A stretch of 64,000 nucleotides of DNA from Minisyncoccota bacterium (GCA_041666915.1 JBAYFZ010000001.1:201086-265085); one strand, 5' to 3'; positions 18,883 to 28,312 are shown, counted from the first letter of the stretch. Made by a program: numbers and translations. Notes: a model not told the origin generated them from the letters alone.

Positions 18883-19521
18883 TTATTTCTTAAAATATTC
18901 TGAAACTGTCGTTACCAAATCTTCTGGTTTTTCAACAATCTTAAAAGGTTCTCCACGAATAAGAGTTTCCCTATCATGAAAACCCCAAGTAACTCCAATA
19001 GAACCCATCTTTACATGCTTTGCTTCGCGCATATCACCAAGAGTATCCGTGATGAAAACACATTTATTTGAATCAATATTATATTTAGAAAAAACCATCT
19101 TCATTTTCTCAACCTTACTCGTGTGCACATCATTTCCCATCACTTCTACAAAAAACGGTGCTAGATTATATTTTTCCAAAAGTCCTTGTATCGGAGCTGT
19201 AAGTGTAGAAGAAATCACTATGAGTGTATATGATTTTGCTAACTCTTTTATAACTTTTTCTATACCAGGAATAGTCAGAACTCGTTCTTTTATTCTTGGA
19301 ATATACTCTGCAAAAAAATCAATATCGTGACGACATTTTTCATCATGTTTTGTATCTGCTTTTTGCCAATCATTAATATTTCCTTCAAAACCTTTTTTAT
19401 AATCAGCTTCTGTTGCATTAGGACAGATCATCTTTTTCACCTCAAAGGCTGTAGCAAAAGAATCTACTATAACTCCATCAAAATCAAAGAGAATAAAGTT
19501 GGTATGCATTGATAATTTCAT
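18883..19521 (-). CDS. HAD-family phosphatase (Gph-like)
   Basis: FDFDGVIVDS, ISS, K, ITDTLGD, GVTWGF. Confidence 0.9.
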   Translation of the reverse strand: MKLSMHTNFILFDFDGVIVDSFATAFEVKKMICPNATEADYKKGFEGNINDWQKADTKHDEKCRHDIDFFAEYIPRIKERVLTIPGIEKVIKELAKSYTLIVISSTLTAPIQGLLEKYNLAPFFVEVMGNDVHTSKVEKMKMVFSKYNIDSNKCVFITDTLGDMREAKHVKMGSIGVTWGFHDRETLIRGEPFKIVEKPEDLVTTVSEYFKK

Positions 19522-19528
19522 ATATGAT

Positions 19529-20077
19529 CTAATTCCAAATAATATTCAATTTCGGCCACTTTTCTTTCCAGCGCTTACTCACCACTCTATCGTTGTATGC
19601 CCCAGCATCAGAACATCTAGGATTCATCCGTACAACCAAATTCACCAAATCATCAATCCCGAACGAAGCATGGAGTCGTAGTTCCCCATTATTATCCATA
19701 GACACCGCTATACATGTTGGTATTTCTACCCAATCAGCTAAAGCGTCCTGCGTATCTTTATATGACCCTCTATTGTGCCATTTATGGGTATAAGCTTGAT
19801 TGACAATCTCCCAATCTACACCAGTTTTTTCCTTGGCTTCCAGAGATAGTTGACTATCTTTATTTTCATCAATATTGTTTTTGTCAAAATATATGAGATC
19901 AATATCCCTTGTCGGCACCTTCTCATTTTTATATCCATGCAGATAATCCCAAACTTTATTTCTCACAAACCCTGCACCAATCATCCAATCTGGCAAATTC
20001 AATTTTTGAGCAACGTGCAAAATATCCATCATCCATTTATCATCTTCAATAATTTTTAGAATGTCTTGTTCGGTCAT
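19529..20077 (-). CDS. Nucleotidyltransferase family protein (DUF925-like)
   Basis: GAGFVRNKVWD, DIDLIYFD, WEIVNQA, KRWKEKWP. Confidence 0.88.
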   Translation of the reverse strand: MTEQDILKIIEDDKWMMDILHVAQKLNLPDWMIGAGFVRNKVWDYLHGYKNEKVPTRDIDLIYFDKNNIDENKDSQLSLEAKEKTGVDWEIVNQAYTHKWHNRGSYKDTQDALADWVEIPTCIAVSMDNNGELRLHASFGIDDLVNLVVRMNPRCSDAGAYNDRVVSKRWKEKWPKLNIIWN

Positions 20078-20140
20078 TAGATTATGTTGTTGTAGACTTG
20101 CATGGTTATGAATAGTTTATGTTATCATTTTAATACCAAC

Positions 20141-20716
20141 ATGTCCCTACTCACTGAACAAAGTAACAAATTCAAGAGCCTCGCGGATGACTTACTCGCC
20201 TCATCAAAATTACCCCAGATTTTAGAAAAATATGGTCAAGTCAGGTTCGTCGGTTCTTACTCGGCAGGATTGATGATGCATGGTGACATTGACATTCACA
20301 TCCTCCGCGACAAAGAGTTTACTAAACAAGAAACGTTGAATATGTTCAATGAAATTGTTGCTTCCACCAAATTCAACAGTTATTACATTGGTGACTGGAA
20401 TGACAGTAATGTTCACCCCAAATTTCCTTATGGATATTACATCGGTTTGAAGACACGGATTGGCGATATTAGATGGAAAATTGATATTTGGTTTGTGAGT
20501 ATTGCTGAGCAGAATCGATTCAATAAGGAAAATATGGATGTAACGAAGCTCACCCTATCTGACGAGCAACGAGAAGCTATTCTAACATTCAAAAAATACC
20601 GACAAGAAAACGGTGTCAAAATATCTGGACAAGAGATTTATGAAATGGTTATAAACAAAGGAATCAACAAACTAGAAGAATTCAAACATTTATTGAAAGA
20701 TCACGTTTCAAAATAA
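20141..20716 (+). CDS. Nucleotidyltransferase-fold hypothetical protein
   Basis: VGSYSAGLMMHGDIDI, WKIDIWF. Confidence 0.75.
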   Translation: MSLLTEQSNKFKSLADDLLASSKLPQILEKYGQVRFVGSYSAGLMMHGDIDIHILRDKEFTKQETLNMFNEIVASTKFNSYYIGDWNDSNVHPKFPYGYYIGLKTRIGDIRWKIDIWFVSIAEQNRFNKENMDVTKLTLSDEQREAILTFKKYRQENGVKISGQEIYEMVINKGINKLEEFKHLLKDHVSK

Positions 20717-21188
20717 GCGCTCTTTTCATAATCCTCTCTCCAACTTCACCCCAATCAAAATACTTTTTGTAATCAGCTGGATCAATCAAATTGATCTCTG
20801 TAATATCTCCATCTGGATCTGACTCAAATGGTCCATAAGGCTCTACTATACAAACTGAACGAGTCTGTCGCACGATCCTATCCGGTTCATAGATGTCTTG
20901 ATAGCCGATAAACTTTTGACTTAATACTTTCATATTCGTTTCTTCTTTTACCTCTCGCACAACAGCTTCTTCATATGTTTCTCCTTGTTCAATACCTCCT
21001 CCCGGTGGAGTCCAATACCCTTTTTCGGATGCATAGACAACAACGAGTTTGCCCTTATAGAAACAAAAAGCATGGACAGCTTGAAGTATTTTTCCATCGA
21101 GATCCTTCAACGGATTATCTTCACGATAAATGAGGTTGAGTTTTTGGCCAGAACGATTAATGTGAGAGAATTTTATTTCCATATGCAT
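20682..21188 (-). CDS. NUDIX hydrolase
   Basis: PGGGIEQGETYEEAVVREVKEET Nudix box. Confidence 0.93.
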   Translation of the reverse strand: MHMEIKFSHINRSGQKLNLIYREDNPLKDLDGKILQAVHAFCFYKGKLVVVYASEKGYWTPPGGGIEQGETYEEAVVREVKEETNMKVLSQKFIGYQDIYEPDRIVRQTRSVCIVEPYGPFESDPDGDITEINLIDPADYKKYFDWGEVGERIMKRALILKRDLSINV

Positions 21189-21235
21189 ATGTAAGATATC
21201 TTGATTTTTAAATGACCGTGGTTATCTACAACTTT

Positions 21236-21264
21236 TGCTGGCTGTGTGGGACGAAGTTGGAACA
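21236..21264 (+). other. Putative recombination (att) scar 2
   Basis: TGCTGG-CTGTGTG-GGAC-GAAGTTGGAACA; same register as the tRNA-Gln 3' end and the scar at 22195. Confidence 0.55.
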
Positions 21265-21505
21265 TGTTTATAGAGGAATGGAGGGGGTTAAGGCAAGGTA
21301 TTCACAACCTACCAGACACAGGTGAAATCATTTGAAGTAAATACTGATTAGTATCCAGAGAAGGATTGTCATTATATTTTTGATTTTGATAAATATTTTC
21401 TAATTACATTAGCTGACCTTCGCGGGTTCGTATATTTCTACACCTTACCCCACAAGACTTTTCCAATGTTTTTTAGTTTATCATTTTGACACTCCTCGGA
21501 ATATT

Positions 21506-22123
21506 TTACGCAAAAAGTTTTGCGGCTACAGAAACAATAAAGGCTAGGAGGCCCAGCACGAACAATGTAAAGCGTTTTTGAGATAACATTTCAATTTGGT
21601 ACTTTACGATTGCATGCTTTTCCTTCAGTGGTCCTGAAAAAGTACTGTCAAGCATTCTTTGAATTTTTAAACCTTGGTTCTCCGCAAAAAGTTTCCTTGG
21701 ATACTCATGCTGGCTTTTATTTTCTTTCTCCCAAAGCAGTCTTTCAGATTCCAATATATCTTTTACATTTCTAGTTTTTTCTTCTAAAGCCTTTTTATTT
21801 TCTTCATTGCTTAGAGTTACTTTTATGAACTGTAATAATGATGGAGTATAAAATTCCTTCATTATCTTATCCAAATCAGATTCAAAATCTGATTTCCATT
21901 TATCTTTCTGACTATCAAAGATACTTTTTCTCAGAGACTCCCTGTACTTAGCGTACAACGTAAGAAGTAGGCACAGAACAAGAAGAACGATTGAGACAAT
22001 AGTAGAAATCTTGAAATAGACAGTTTGCCCCGTCTGAAGGGAATATAAAACCACAAAGGCAGCCAACAGGGCTATCGATGCTGTGATTAAGACATTATCA
22101 ATCTTCTCAATTTGATCTTTCAT
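21506..22123 (-). CDS. Hypothetical membrane protein (2 N-terminal TM, helical middle, 1 C-terminal TM)
   Basis: Hydrophobic segments; only gene between the two att-like scars. Confidence 0.75.
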   Translation of the reverse strand: MKDQIEKIDNVLITASIALLAAFVVLYSLQTGQTVYFKISTIVSIVLLVLCLLLTLYAKYRESLRKSIFDSQKDKWKSDFESDLDKIMKEFYTPSLLQFIKVTLSNEENKKALEEKTRNVKDILESERLLWEKENKSQHEYPRKLFAENQGLKIQRMLDSTFSGPLKEKHAIVKYQIEMLSQKRFTLFVLGLLAFIVSVAAKLFA

Positions 22124-22194
22124 ATTAATTTAATGCTTTCTTCATTATGGGTCTTATAAAAATGCTCTTCGGACTCCGAACCTTTCTGCGAAAT

Positions 22195-22223
22195 TGCTGG
22201 CAGGGCTGGACGATGTTCGAACA
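22195..22223 (+). other. Putative recombination (att) scar 1
   Basis: TGCTGG-CAGGGCT-GGAC-GATGTTCGAACA. Confidence 0.6.
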
Positions 22224-22419
22224 TTTCGCAATATAAATGAGTATGCAGTCAAGGCAATATACCACTTCTTCAGAAGCGTCTGTGAGTCCCCTTCCTTTAC
22301 AATATCTGATTGGTTTCTGTTATATCATTCGGGAAGTATCGACGATATATGGAATTGAAAAAAGACGGCAAAAATTGCCGGGACAAGCAACTTTTACAGT
22401 GAACCGTTACTTGTTTTGT

Positions 22420-22863
22420 TTAAATTACTTCAACTCTCCTCTTAATTTCATAAACAGTTGCAAACGGAAATATGAATGACCCTTTAATCATTTCTGGCTT
22501 ACCATTAATCTCAATGATTGTTTTACGAGCGTATGGTTTTGAAGAATTCTTTCCGTAAATAGACTCAAACATAAGAGGGTTACTAATTTTGTTATTTATC
22601 TCAAAAGAGTCATAAATCTTTACAGACTTTCCTTTCAAAATTCCCTCTATTACATTCTGCTCCATATGGTCTGGCATATCTGCAAAAGTTATGTTTGACC
22701 AAAACTTCATTTGGAAGTTTAGATTATATCGTCTAGCTAATTTCCTAAGACGTAACGACCTTAGCAATTTAGGCCCCATAACAGGAATTGAAAAGATTGG
22801 AAGTAAAATCAGACCAACAATACAAATAGCACCAAATACTTTTATGTTTTCTAAGGATATCAT
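22420..22863 (-). CDS. Hypothetical membrane-anchored protein
   Basis: 147 aa with N-terminal TM; starts 1 bp after the stop of the upstream gene. Confidence 0.7.
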   Translation of the reverse strand: MISLENIKVFGAICIVGLILLPIFSIPVMGPKLLRSLRLRKLARRYNLNFQMKFWSNITFADMPDHMEQNVIEGILKGKSVKIYDSFEINNKISNPLMFESIYGKNSSKPYARKTIIEINGKPEMIKGSFIFPFATVYEIKRRVEVI

Positions 22864-22864
22864 C

Positions 22865-23143
22865 TTATTCTATATTATTCTTCATCCACTCATTCACTTC
22901 TTTAGATACTCCGTATGTCCCCCAATGTTTAACGATCTGAATGACCAATAATTTATCATTAGCATCAAGGAAGCCTTTTAGCTCATCCCTAATTTCACCA
23001 GCAGTTTTTTTACTTTTTACAAACCATACGGAATATAATGGCTTTGCCCACCATGAATAAGACTTAATCTTTGCTATAAGATTAACATAATCCTGTCGTG
23101 TTTCTGGTTGACCTAGATCATATGAAATAAGGTAGGTATTCAT
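22865..23143 (-). CDS. Stand-alone Cas2/VapD-like ferredoxin-fold protein
   Basis: YLISYDL ... SVWFV ... DKLLVI pattern, 92 aa; no CRISPR array or cas1 nearby. Confidence 0.65.
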   Translation of the reverse strand: MNTYLISYDLGQPETRQDYVNLIAKIKSYSWWAKPLYSVWFVKSKKTAGEIRDELKGFLDANDKLLVIQIVKHWGTYGVSKEVNEWMKNNIE

Positions 23144-23148
23144 TATTA

Positions 23149-23754
23149 TTATTTTATTTCTGAAGTCACAGATACTGGGTTTGTAGATCCAACATCCCTG
23201 ATTTCTTCGATACTTGCCAACTCCACCCCCGTCTCCGAGTCCGTTTGTGGAATTTTTGATAAAATCAGATTCAACATCTCTTGTTTTTTCACCAGTTCAA
23301 TATTTTGCTTTTGAAGTTTACCATTTTCGTCAATAAGTTTCTCAGCAAATTTCACCACACGTTCACGATTAAAGGCACTCTGATCTCTATCGTTTTTTAT
23401 TTCCGCAAGTTCTTTCTGATGTTCAACTCTTTCGGCATTTAATTTTTCTTGATTTTTTTCATCATCCCATAATTTATTCGCTTTATTCCTAATCATTTCT
23501 TGTATATCATTAAGTCTTCCCCTCGCTCCAAAAAAATTGAATTCTTCAATTGAAAAGAAAAGGTACGTAAATACTTTCCTAAAGAAGATAAGCGCACAAA
23601 GTGTAATCGCTGGCCAAATTGTTGCGTTAATTAAGCTTATTAAATGATCGTATGTTAGACCGAAATGAGCAATCGGGATTAATATTGCACCAACTAAAAC
23701 AACAAAGATAACATATGGTAGTAGATCAACAAATTTAGTGGCGAGATTATTCAT
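23149..23754 (-). CDS. Hypothetical 2-TM coiled-coil protein
   Basis: Two N-terminal TMs (IWP motif) then coiled coil; 5 bp from the Cas2-like gene. Confidence 0.7.
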   Translation of the reverse strand: MNNLATKFVDLLPYVIFVVLVGAILIPIAHFGLTYDHLISLINATIWPAITLCALIFFRKVFTYLFFSIEEFNFFGARGRLNDIQEMIRNKANKLWDDEKNQEKLNAERVEHQKELAEIKNDRDQSAFNRERVVKFAEKLIDENGKLQKQNIELVKKQEMLNLILSKIPQTDSETGVELASIEEIRDVGSTNPVSVTSEIK

Positions 23755-23890
23755 TCCGATATGGAAATTTACATAACAAAACCTTACCATATTATTTGCA
23801 GAAAAGGAAGGTTTTTAAGAAAATTTCTTCAACTATTAAAATTCCCAATTATTAGTTACAACTACTCCAAATGTAGCCATCAACGATAAA

Positions 23891-24487
23891 TTAAACAATA
23901 GTCGGCTGACACGTCTTAAATGCGAGGACCTCAGAATTGCGCATCAAAATGGTCTTGTTTGTAGTATACGACAAACCTTTGTTTGGCTGATTCTCAAAAC
24001 CAAGATAGACACAACTTACCTTTCGCGCACGAACTTCTTTGATGGCTGGTTGCAGATCAGAATCGGAACTAGCCAATATAATTTCTTTTACAGATTCGTC
24101 ACAAGCCATTGTTACCATATCAACAGCAATTTTTACATCCACACCCTTTTCTTTAAAAACCAAGACTTTCTTTCCATTCAGACCTTCTTCCATTTGCCCC
24201 CTGACGCGTCCACGTAAAACCACTTCAAAACCCTGATTTTCCAGATGAGTCTTCAACAAACGTTGCTCTTCTATGAGTTGCTGGGATTTTTCCCTGCTTC
24301 CTTCATGTACTTTAATCTGGGCAAAATAGAAGATCTTACGATCAATAACAAAACCTTCCAAGACTTTCACAAATAATCCACGAAAATCAAATTCATGCCA
24401 TACTGGTTTGTTGTTTTTAGTCTCACTGAAAACGGCCCTTATTTTGCCCTTGAGATTCTCCCCATCAATTAACAGGACTGTTTCCAT
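23891..24487 (-). CDS. NYN/LabA (DUF88) PIN-fold nuclease
   Basis: IDGEN, EKGVDVKIAVDM, SSDSDL acidic motifs. Confidence 0.92.
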   Translation of the reverse strand: METVLLIDGENLKGKIRAVFSETKNNKPVWHEFDFRGLFVKVLEGFVIDRKIFYFAQIKVHEGSREKSQQLIEEQRLLKTHLENQGFEVVLRGRVRGQMEEGLNGKKVLVFKEKGVDVKIAVDMVTMACDESVKEIILASSDSDLQPAIKEVRARKVSCVYLGFENQPNKGLSYTTNKTILMRNSEVLAFKTCQPTIV

Positions 24488-24509
24488 GGGGGTATTCTAC
24501 CATATCAAT

Positions 24510-24553
24510 AACGCAAAACCCCAGCGGACCTTGCGGCTGGCTGGGGCGTGTAT
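24510..24553 (-). ncRNA. Candidate small structured RNA or leader upstream of the NYN gene
   Basis: TTGACT-N17-TACTAT promoter, then CCCCAGC-cagccgcaaggtcc-GCTGGGG-TTTT; the NYN gene has its own TGGTAGAAT-N6-ATG. Confidence 0.45.
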
Positions 24554-24675
24554 ATCATTATAGTATACCCAAGTATATCTAAAGTCAATACCCATTACAT
24601 TATGGATTTACCACCCAGATTTGCGCCTTTTTTGAAAGAGAGTAGGATTCGGGGTGATTAATTAAACCGCAAACC

Positions 24676-26073
24676 ATGCCCACATATTTTGTTTACTGCC
24701 GCAAATCTACCGAAGCCGAGGATAGGCAGATTTTATCAATTGATTCTCAGATCAATGAACTCAAACAGCATGCCATAAAGAAAGGAATCAAAATTGTAGC
24801 TGTTCTGACCGAGGCCAAATCAGCCAAGGCACCGGGACGTCCGGTGTTTAATTCTCTAATGGAACGGTTGTACCGTGGTGAAGCTGATGGAATCCTGTGC
24901 TGGAAATTGGACCGTCTTGCTCGTAACCCTGTTGATGGTGGTGCTATCATCTGGGCCATGAAGGAACATGGGGTAAAAATTATTACCCCTTTACAGACAT
25001 ACGGACAATCCGAAGACAATGTCGTCTGGATGTACCTGGAATTTGGCATGGCACAGAAATACGTTGATGACTTGAGCCGAACCGTAAAACGGGGTTTGCG
25101 GGCGAAAGCGGAATCTGGTTGGTTTCCAAGCGTTACCCCGCCAGGATACATGAATTGTGAGAACGACGAGGGACGCAATGTTATCGCCAAGGATCCCAAA
25201 CGATTTGATATTATCCGAAAGTGCTGGGACTTAATGCTTACTGGAAAGTACACACCTCCAGAAATCAGAGAAATTGCCAATACCGCATGGAGGTATACAA
25301 CAAATCATGGAAATCCTCTGGGGCGTAGCACCATTTACAACATCTTTTCAAATCCCTTTTACCATGGCACTTATGAATATCCAAGAGGAAGTGATAACTG
25401 GCACACTGGTCGGCATACCCCTATGATAACAGAGGAAGAATTTGATACGGTCCAACACATTTTATCACGATCTCGCCATATGCCACGAAACCGCAAGGTG
25501 TTTGCCTTCACTGGAATCATCCGGTGCGGTGGATGCCAAGGCGCTGTGACAGCAGAGGAAAAGCATCAGATTATATGCCCAGTCTGTAAATTGAAGTTCG
25601 CTTACCGCTCCAAAGAGCAGTGTCCACGATGCCAGACAGCTATCGCAAACATGGTAAAACCAGTCCACCTCACTTACACCTACTACCACTGTACCAAATC
25701 TTCCAATCCCGCCTGTACCGAGCTCGGAGTTGAGCGAAAAGAATTGGAACGTCAGATCATTCGCCACCTTGAAGGTGTGCATCTTCCCGATTTTCACAAC
25801 CACTGGGTTAACACCTGTTTTGGACGTTTGAGCACAAAACCGGATACCACCAGCATGTTGGCAGTCATTACCCAATCATTCCCCAATAGCAGTCCAGATG
25901 TTCAACGAGAAATTGTTACATCAATATTTTCAGCAATAGTTCTGAAGGATAGGGAGATTGGCGTTTCGCTCAAAATTCCCTTTTCATTCCCTAACAAGGC
26001 TGAGGTGCCCACCCCGCTTGACCAAAAATCCTTTACTCAAAAGACGTTGCAGGAGCACATGTCCAGATCGTGA
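24676..26073 (+). CDS. Large serine recombinase (resolvase, recombinase and Zn-ribbon domains; coiled coil missing)
   Basis: YCRKST catalytic Ser, ESAKAPGRP-like motif, KLDRLARN, NPFYHG, CGGC...YYHC...C. Confidence 0.93.
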   Translation: MPTYFVYCRKSTEAEDRQILSIDSQINELKQHAIKKGIKIVAVLTEAKSAKAPGRPVFNSLMERLYRGEADGILCWKLDRLARNPVDGGAIIWAMKEHGVKIITPLQTYGQSEDNVVWMYLEFGMAQKYVDDLSRTVKRGLRAKAESGWFPSVTPPGYMNCENDEGRNVIAKDPKRFDIIRKCWDLMLTGKYTPPEIREIANTAWRYTTNHGNPLGRSTIYNIFSNPFYHGTYEYPRGSDNWHTGRHTPMITEEEFDTVQHILSRSRHMPRNRKVFAFTGIIRCGGCQGAVTAEEKHQIICPVCKLKFAYRSKEQCPRCQTAIANMVKPVHLTYTYYHCTKSSNPACTELGVERKELERQIIRHLEGVHLPDFHNHWVNTCFGRLSTKPDTTSMLAVITQSFPNSSPDVQREIVTSIFSAIVLKDREIGVSLKIPFSFPNKAEVPTPLDQKSFTQKTLQEHMSRS

Positions 26074-26352
26074 CGATTGGTAACCTAAAGCCGACGAAAG
26101 TCCCCTTACAGAAGGAAAACTACCAGTGGCAGCATATTGCTGACGTAAAACTTGAAGAGCTTCCTTTTCTGGTTCGGTGAGTAAATCTTGAACTGCTTTT
26201 TCCTCTTGATTTTTCACACTAGCAGCAATGTGGCAGAGACCAAGGAACCGTACACCCATGTCATGAATTTCTTCATCAGTAGATTCTATTCCTGATTTTC
26301 GTTGGATTTTACGCAGATGCTTAAACGTGCGAGTGGAAAGTATTGGGATCAT
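25984..26352 (-). CDS. Small protein with LexA-type winged HTH, no peptidase domain
   Basis: LTEPEKEALQVL...FPSVRGLSSALGYQSSRS...LLSKGFL resembles the LexA DNA-binding domain; overlaps the recombinase 3' end. Confidence 0.7.
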   Translation of the reverse strand: MIPILSTRTFKHLRKIQRKSGIESTDEEIHDMGVRFLGLCHIAASVKNQEEKAVQDLLTEPEKEALQVLRQQYAATGSFPSVRGLSSALGYQSSRSGHVLLQRLLSKGFLVKRGGHLSLVRE

Positions 26353-26536
26353 TTTCCCAATTTAGCAATATCCTGGCATCATAAACAAGCCTGGACGCCG
26401 ATGGTGTTTACTTTTGGACCCCTGTTTACTTGCCTGTACCGTTTATTACCTAGGATCAAAGTAAACAGACATGAAAAAAATGGCTTAACAAAAGCCCAGT
26501 TACGAACATCAAATATCCAAGAACTGTATCAGTGTG

Positions 26537-26607
26537 CTGGGGGACAGGGACTCGAACCCCGATAATCAGGACCAAAACCTGATGTCCTACCATTAGACGA
26601 TCCCCCA
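26537..26607 (-). tRNA. trnQ: tRNA-Gln (TTG)
   Basis: TGGGGGA/TCCCCCA acceptor stem, TCAGG-TT-TTG-GT-CCTGA anticodon arm, GTTCGAGTC T-loop; CCA not encoded. Confidence 0.96.
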
Positions 26608-26724
26608 ATATTCTGTTATACCTTTGATCCAGCCTGTAATCTTACGATTCAAATCTGAACTTGTTCTTATATTAACCCGTAAAAGGCCGATATACAAGGT
26701 TACATTTAAAACTGAATACTTCTA

Positions 26725-27777
26725 TTATTTTGAAACTCCTTCACAAATCTTTACCACCGCTATCTCCAATGGCAAAACTTCTATCTTGGATCTACCGACG
26801 GCATCCACAGCATCTAGAAGAGACGCCAAAACAACAGGCGTAATACCCTTCTTCATTGCTATCTGTTCTATAAAAACCCAATCATCTGCCGAGACCCTCT
26901 CCTTAACCTCAGATTTAGAACTTACAGAATGTTGAACGAGTAGAATGAAGCGAGCTTTCTCTAAAACTAAAGTACCAAACAATCCCATACTGATACCGAC
27001 TTTCTCAACACCAAGGAGAACCTTCAGAGCGTTGTCGGCATTCTTTTCTACTAAAGCCGTAATAAAAGAATTTACCAGACCGGCTTTCGGAGAACCAGTG
27101 ATAGCTTCTACTTCTTCGCGAGTAATTTTTTTCATGCCTCGAGCACGGTCGAGAGGAGCACTAGAAGCAGACAAAACTTTTTCCAACATTCCCAAAGAAT
27201 CACGGAATGAACCGTCACCTAGAAGTGCGATGAGATCTCCTGCACCAGAATCAAGTTCGTAACCTTCTTTCTTGGCAACTTCTATAGCCATCTTACGGAC
27301 TATTTCTTTTGCTGGTTTACGGAATGAGAAAGTTTGACAGCGTGAGATTATGGTATCAGGGACTTTATCCAGATCCGTTGTCGCTAGGATGAATATAACG
27401 TGTTTGGGAGGCTCTTCTAGGGTCTTCAAGAGAGCATTCCAAGCTTCTTTGGAAAGCATGTGGACTTCGTCAATAATATAAACTTTAAAAGGTGAAGAGA
27501 AAGGTAAAACCGAGACATGTTCTCGGAGTGAACGGATGTCATCTATACCTCGGTTTGAAGCGGCGTCTATTTCATAAATATCTTCTTCGCTAGCCAAAAC
27601 AGATTTTGCCAAGATGCGTGCAACTGAAGTTTTACCAGTTCCTCTAGAACCGGAAAAAAGAAAAGCGTGGGCAACACGTTTATTGGCTATAGCATCTTTC
27701 AAAGCCGAGACGATATGGTCTTGACCGATGACCTCTGACCACTTGCTAGGGCGATAGGTTCTATATAATACCGACAT
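26725..27777 (-). CDS. dnaX: DNA polymerase III subunit gamma/tau
   Basis: LYRTYRP, GSRGTGKT, EIDAASN, IDEVHML, LLKTLEEPP, SRC. Confidence 0.96.
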   Translation of the reverse strand: MSVLYRTYRPSKWSEVIGQDHIVSALKDAIANKRVAHAFLFSGSRGTGKTSVARILAKSVLASEEDIYEIDAASNRGIDDIRSLREHVSVLPFSSPFKVYIIDEVHMLSKEAWNALLKTLEEPPKHVIFILATTDLDKVPDTIISRCQTFSFRKPAKEIVRKMAIEVAKKEGYELDSGAGDLIALLGDGSFRDSLGMLEKVLSASSAPLDRARGMKKITREEVEAITGSPKAGLVNSFITALVEKNADNALKVLLGVEKVGISMGLFGTLVLEKARFILLVQHSVSSKSEVKERVSADDWVFIEQIAMKKGITPVVLASLLDAVDAVGRSKIEVLPLEIAVVKICEGVSK

Positions 27778-27870
27778 GGAACGATTATAACATAAAGGAA
27801 GACCGCTGTTCTGGCAAACAGCGGTCTTGGTGCCTTTGAGACACCATTTCAGTTTTGGGCTATTTTTTAA

Positions 27871-28077
27871 TTACCAGCGTTGACCACGAACCTTATCGTG
27901 CGCCAGATTCTTCAAGGTGAATATTTGGCCATGATGCAATTTCTTGCGTGGCCTGATTTCTCTCCCTGAAAATCGCTGAAACGAACCCATATTACCAACT
28001 ACTTCTAACCAAATGTTCATGGTAGCTCCAAAGAGAATGCATTCCACGAACTGGACCAAGTTATATGTAGTCTTCAT
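27871..28077 (-). CDS. Small hypothetical protein
   Basis: 68-aa ORF with GGAG SD-like motif and a hairpin near 27800-27828. Confidence 0.35.
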   Translation of the reverse strand: MKTTYNLVQFVECILFGATMNIWLEVVGNMGSFQRFSGREIRPRKKLHHGQIFTLKNLAHDKVRGQRW

Positions 28078-28312
28078 AATCTAACTCCGTTCAAAACATT
28101 ACACCCATAGGAAAAAATATGCAAGTATGAAAAAACCCGAGCAACCTTAGTTATCCACCTCCACTTTTGACTTTACACTCCAATCATTGTATACTAGGTT
28201 TCAGATTAGGCTCTCGTTCGTTGACAAAACGACAGAGTTTCTCCAAACAAAAACAGCTTCAGTATTGTACATATTGTGTGTAATACAAAGCGCAAAAGAA
28301 AGTGAGTAAGTT

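Noticed and set aside
21412-21432. GCTGACCTTCGCGGGTTCG as a third att scar
   Set aside because: It lacks TGCTGG-N7-GGAC and the shared right arm; too weak.
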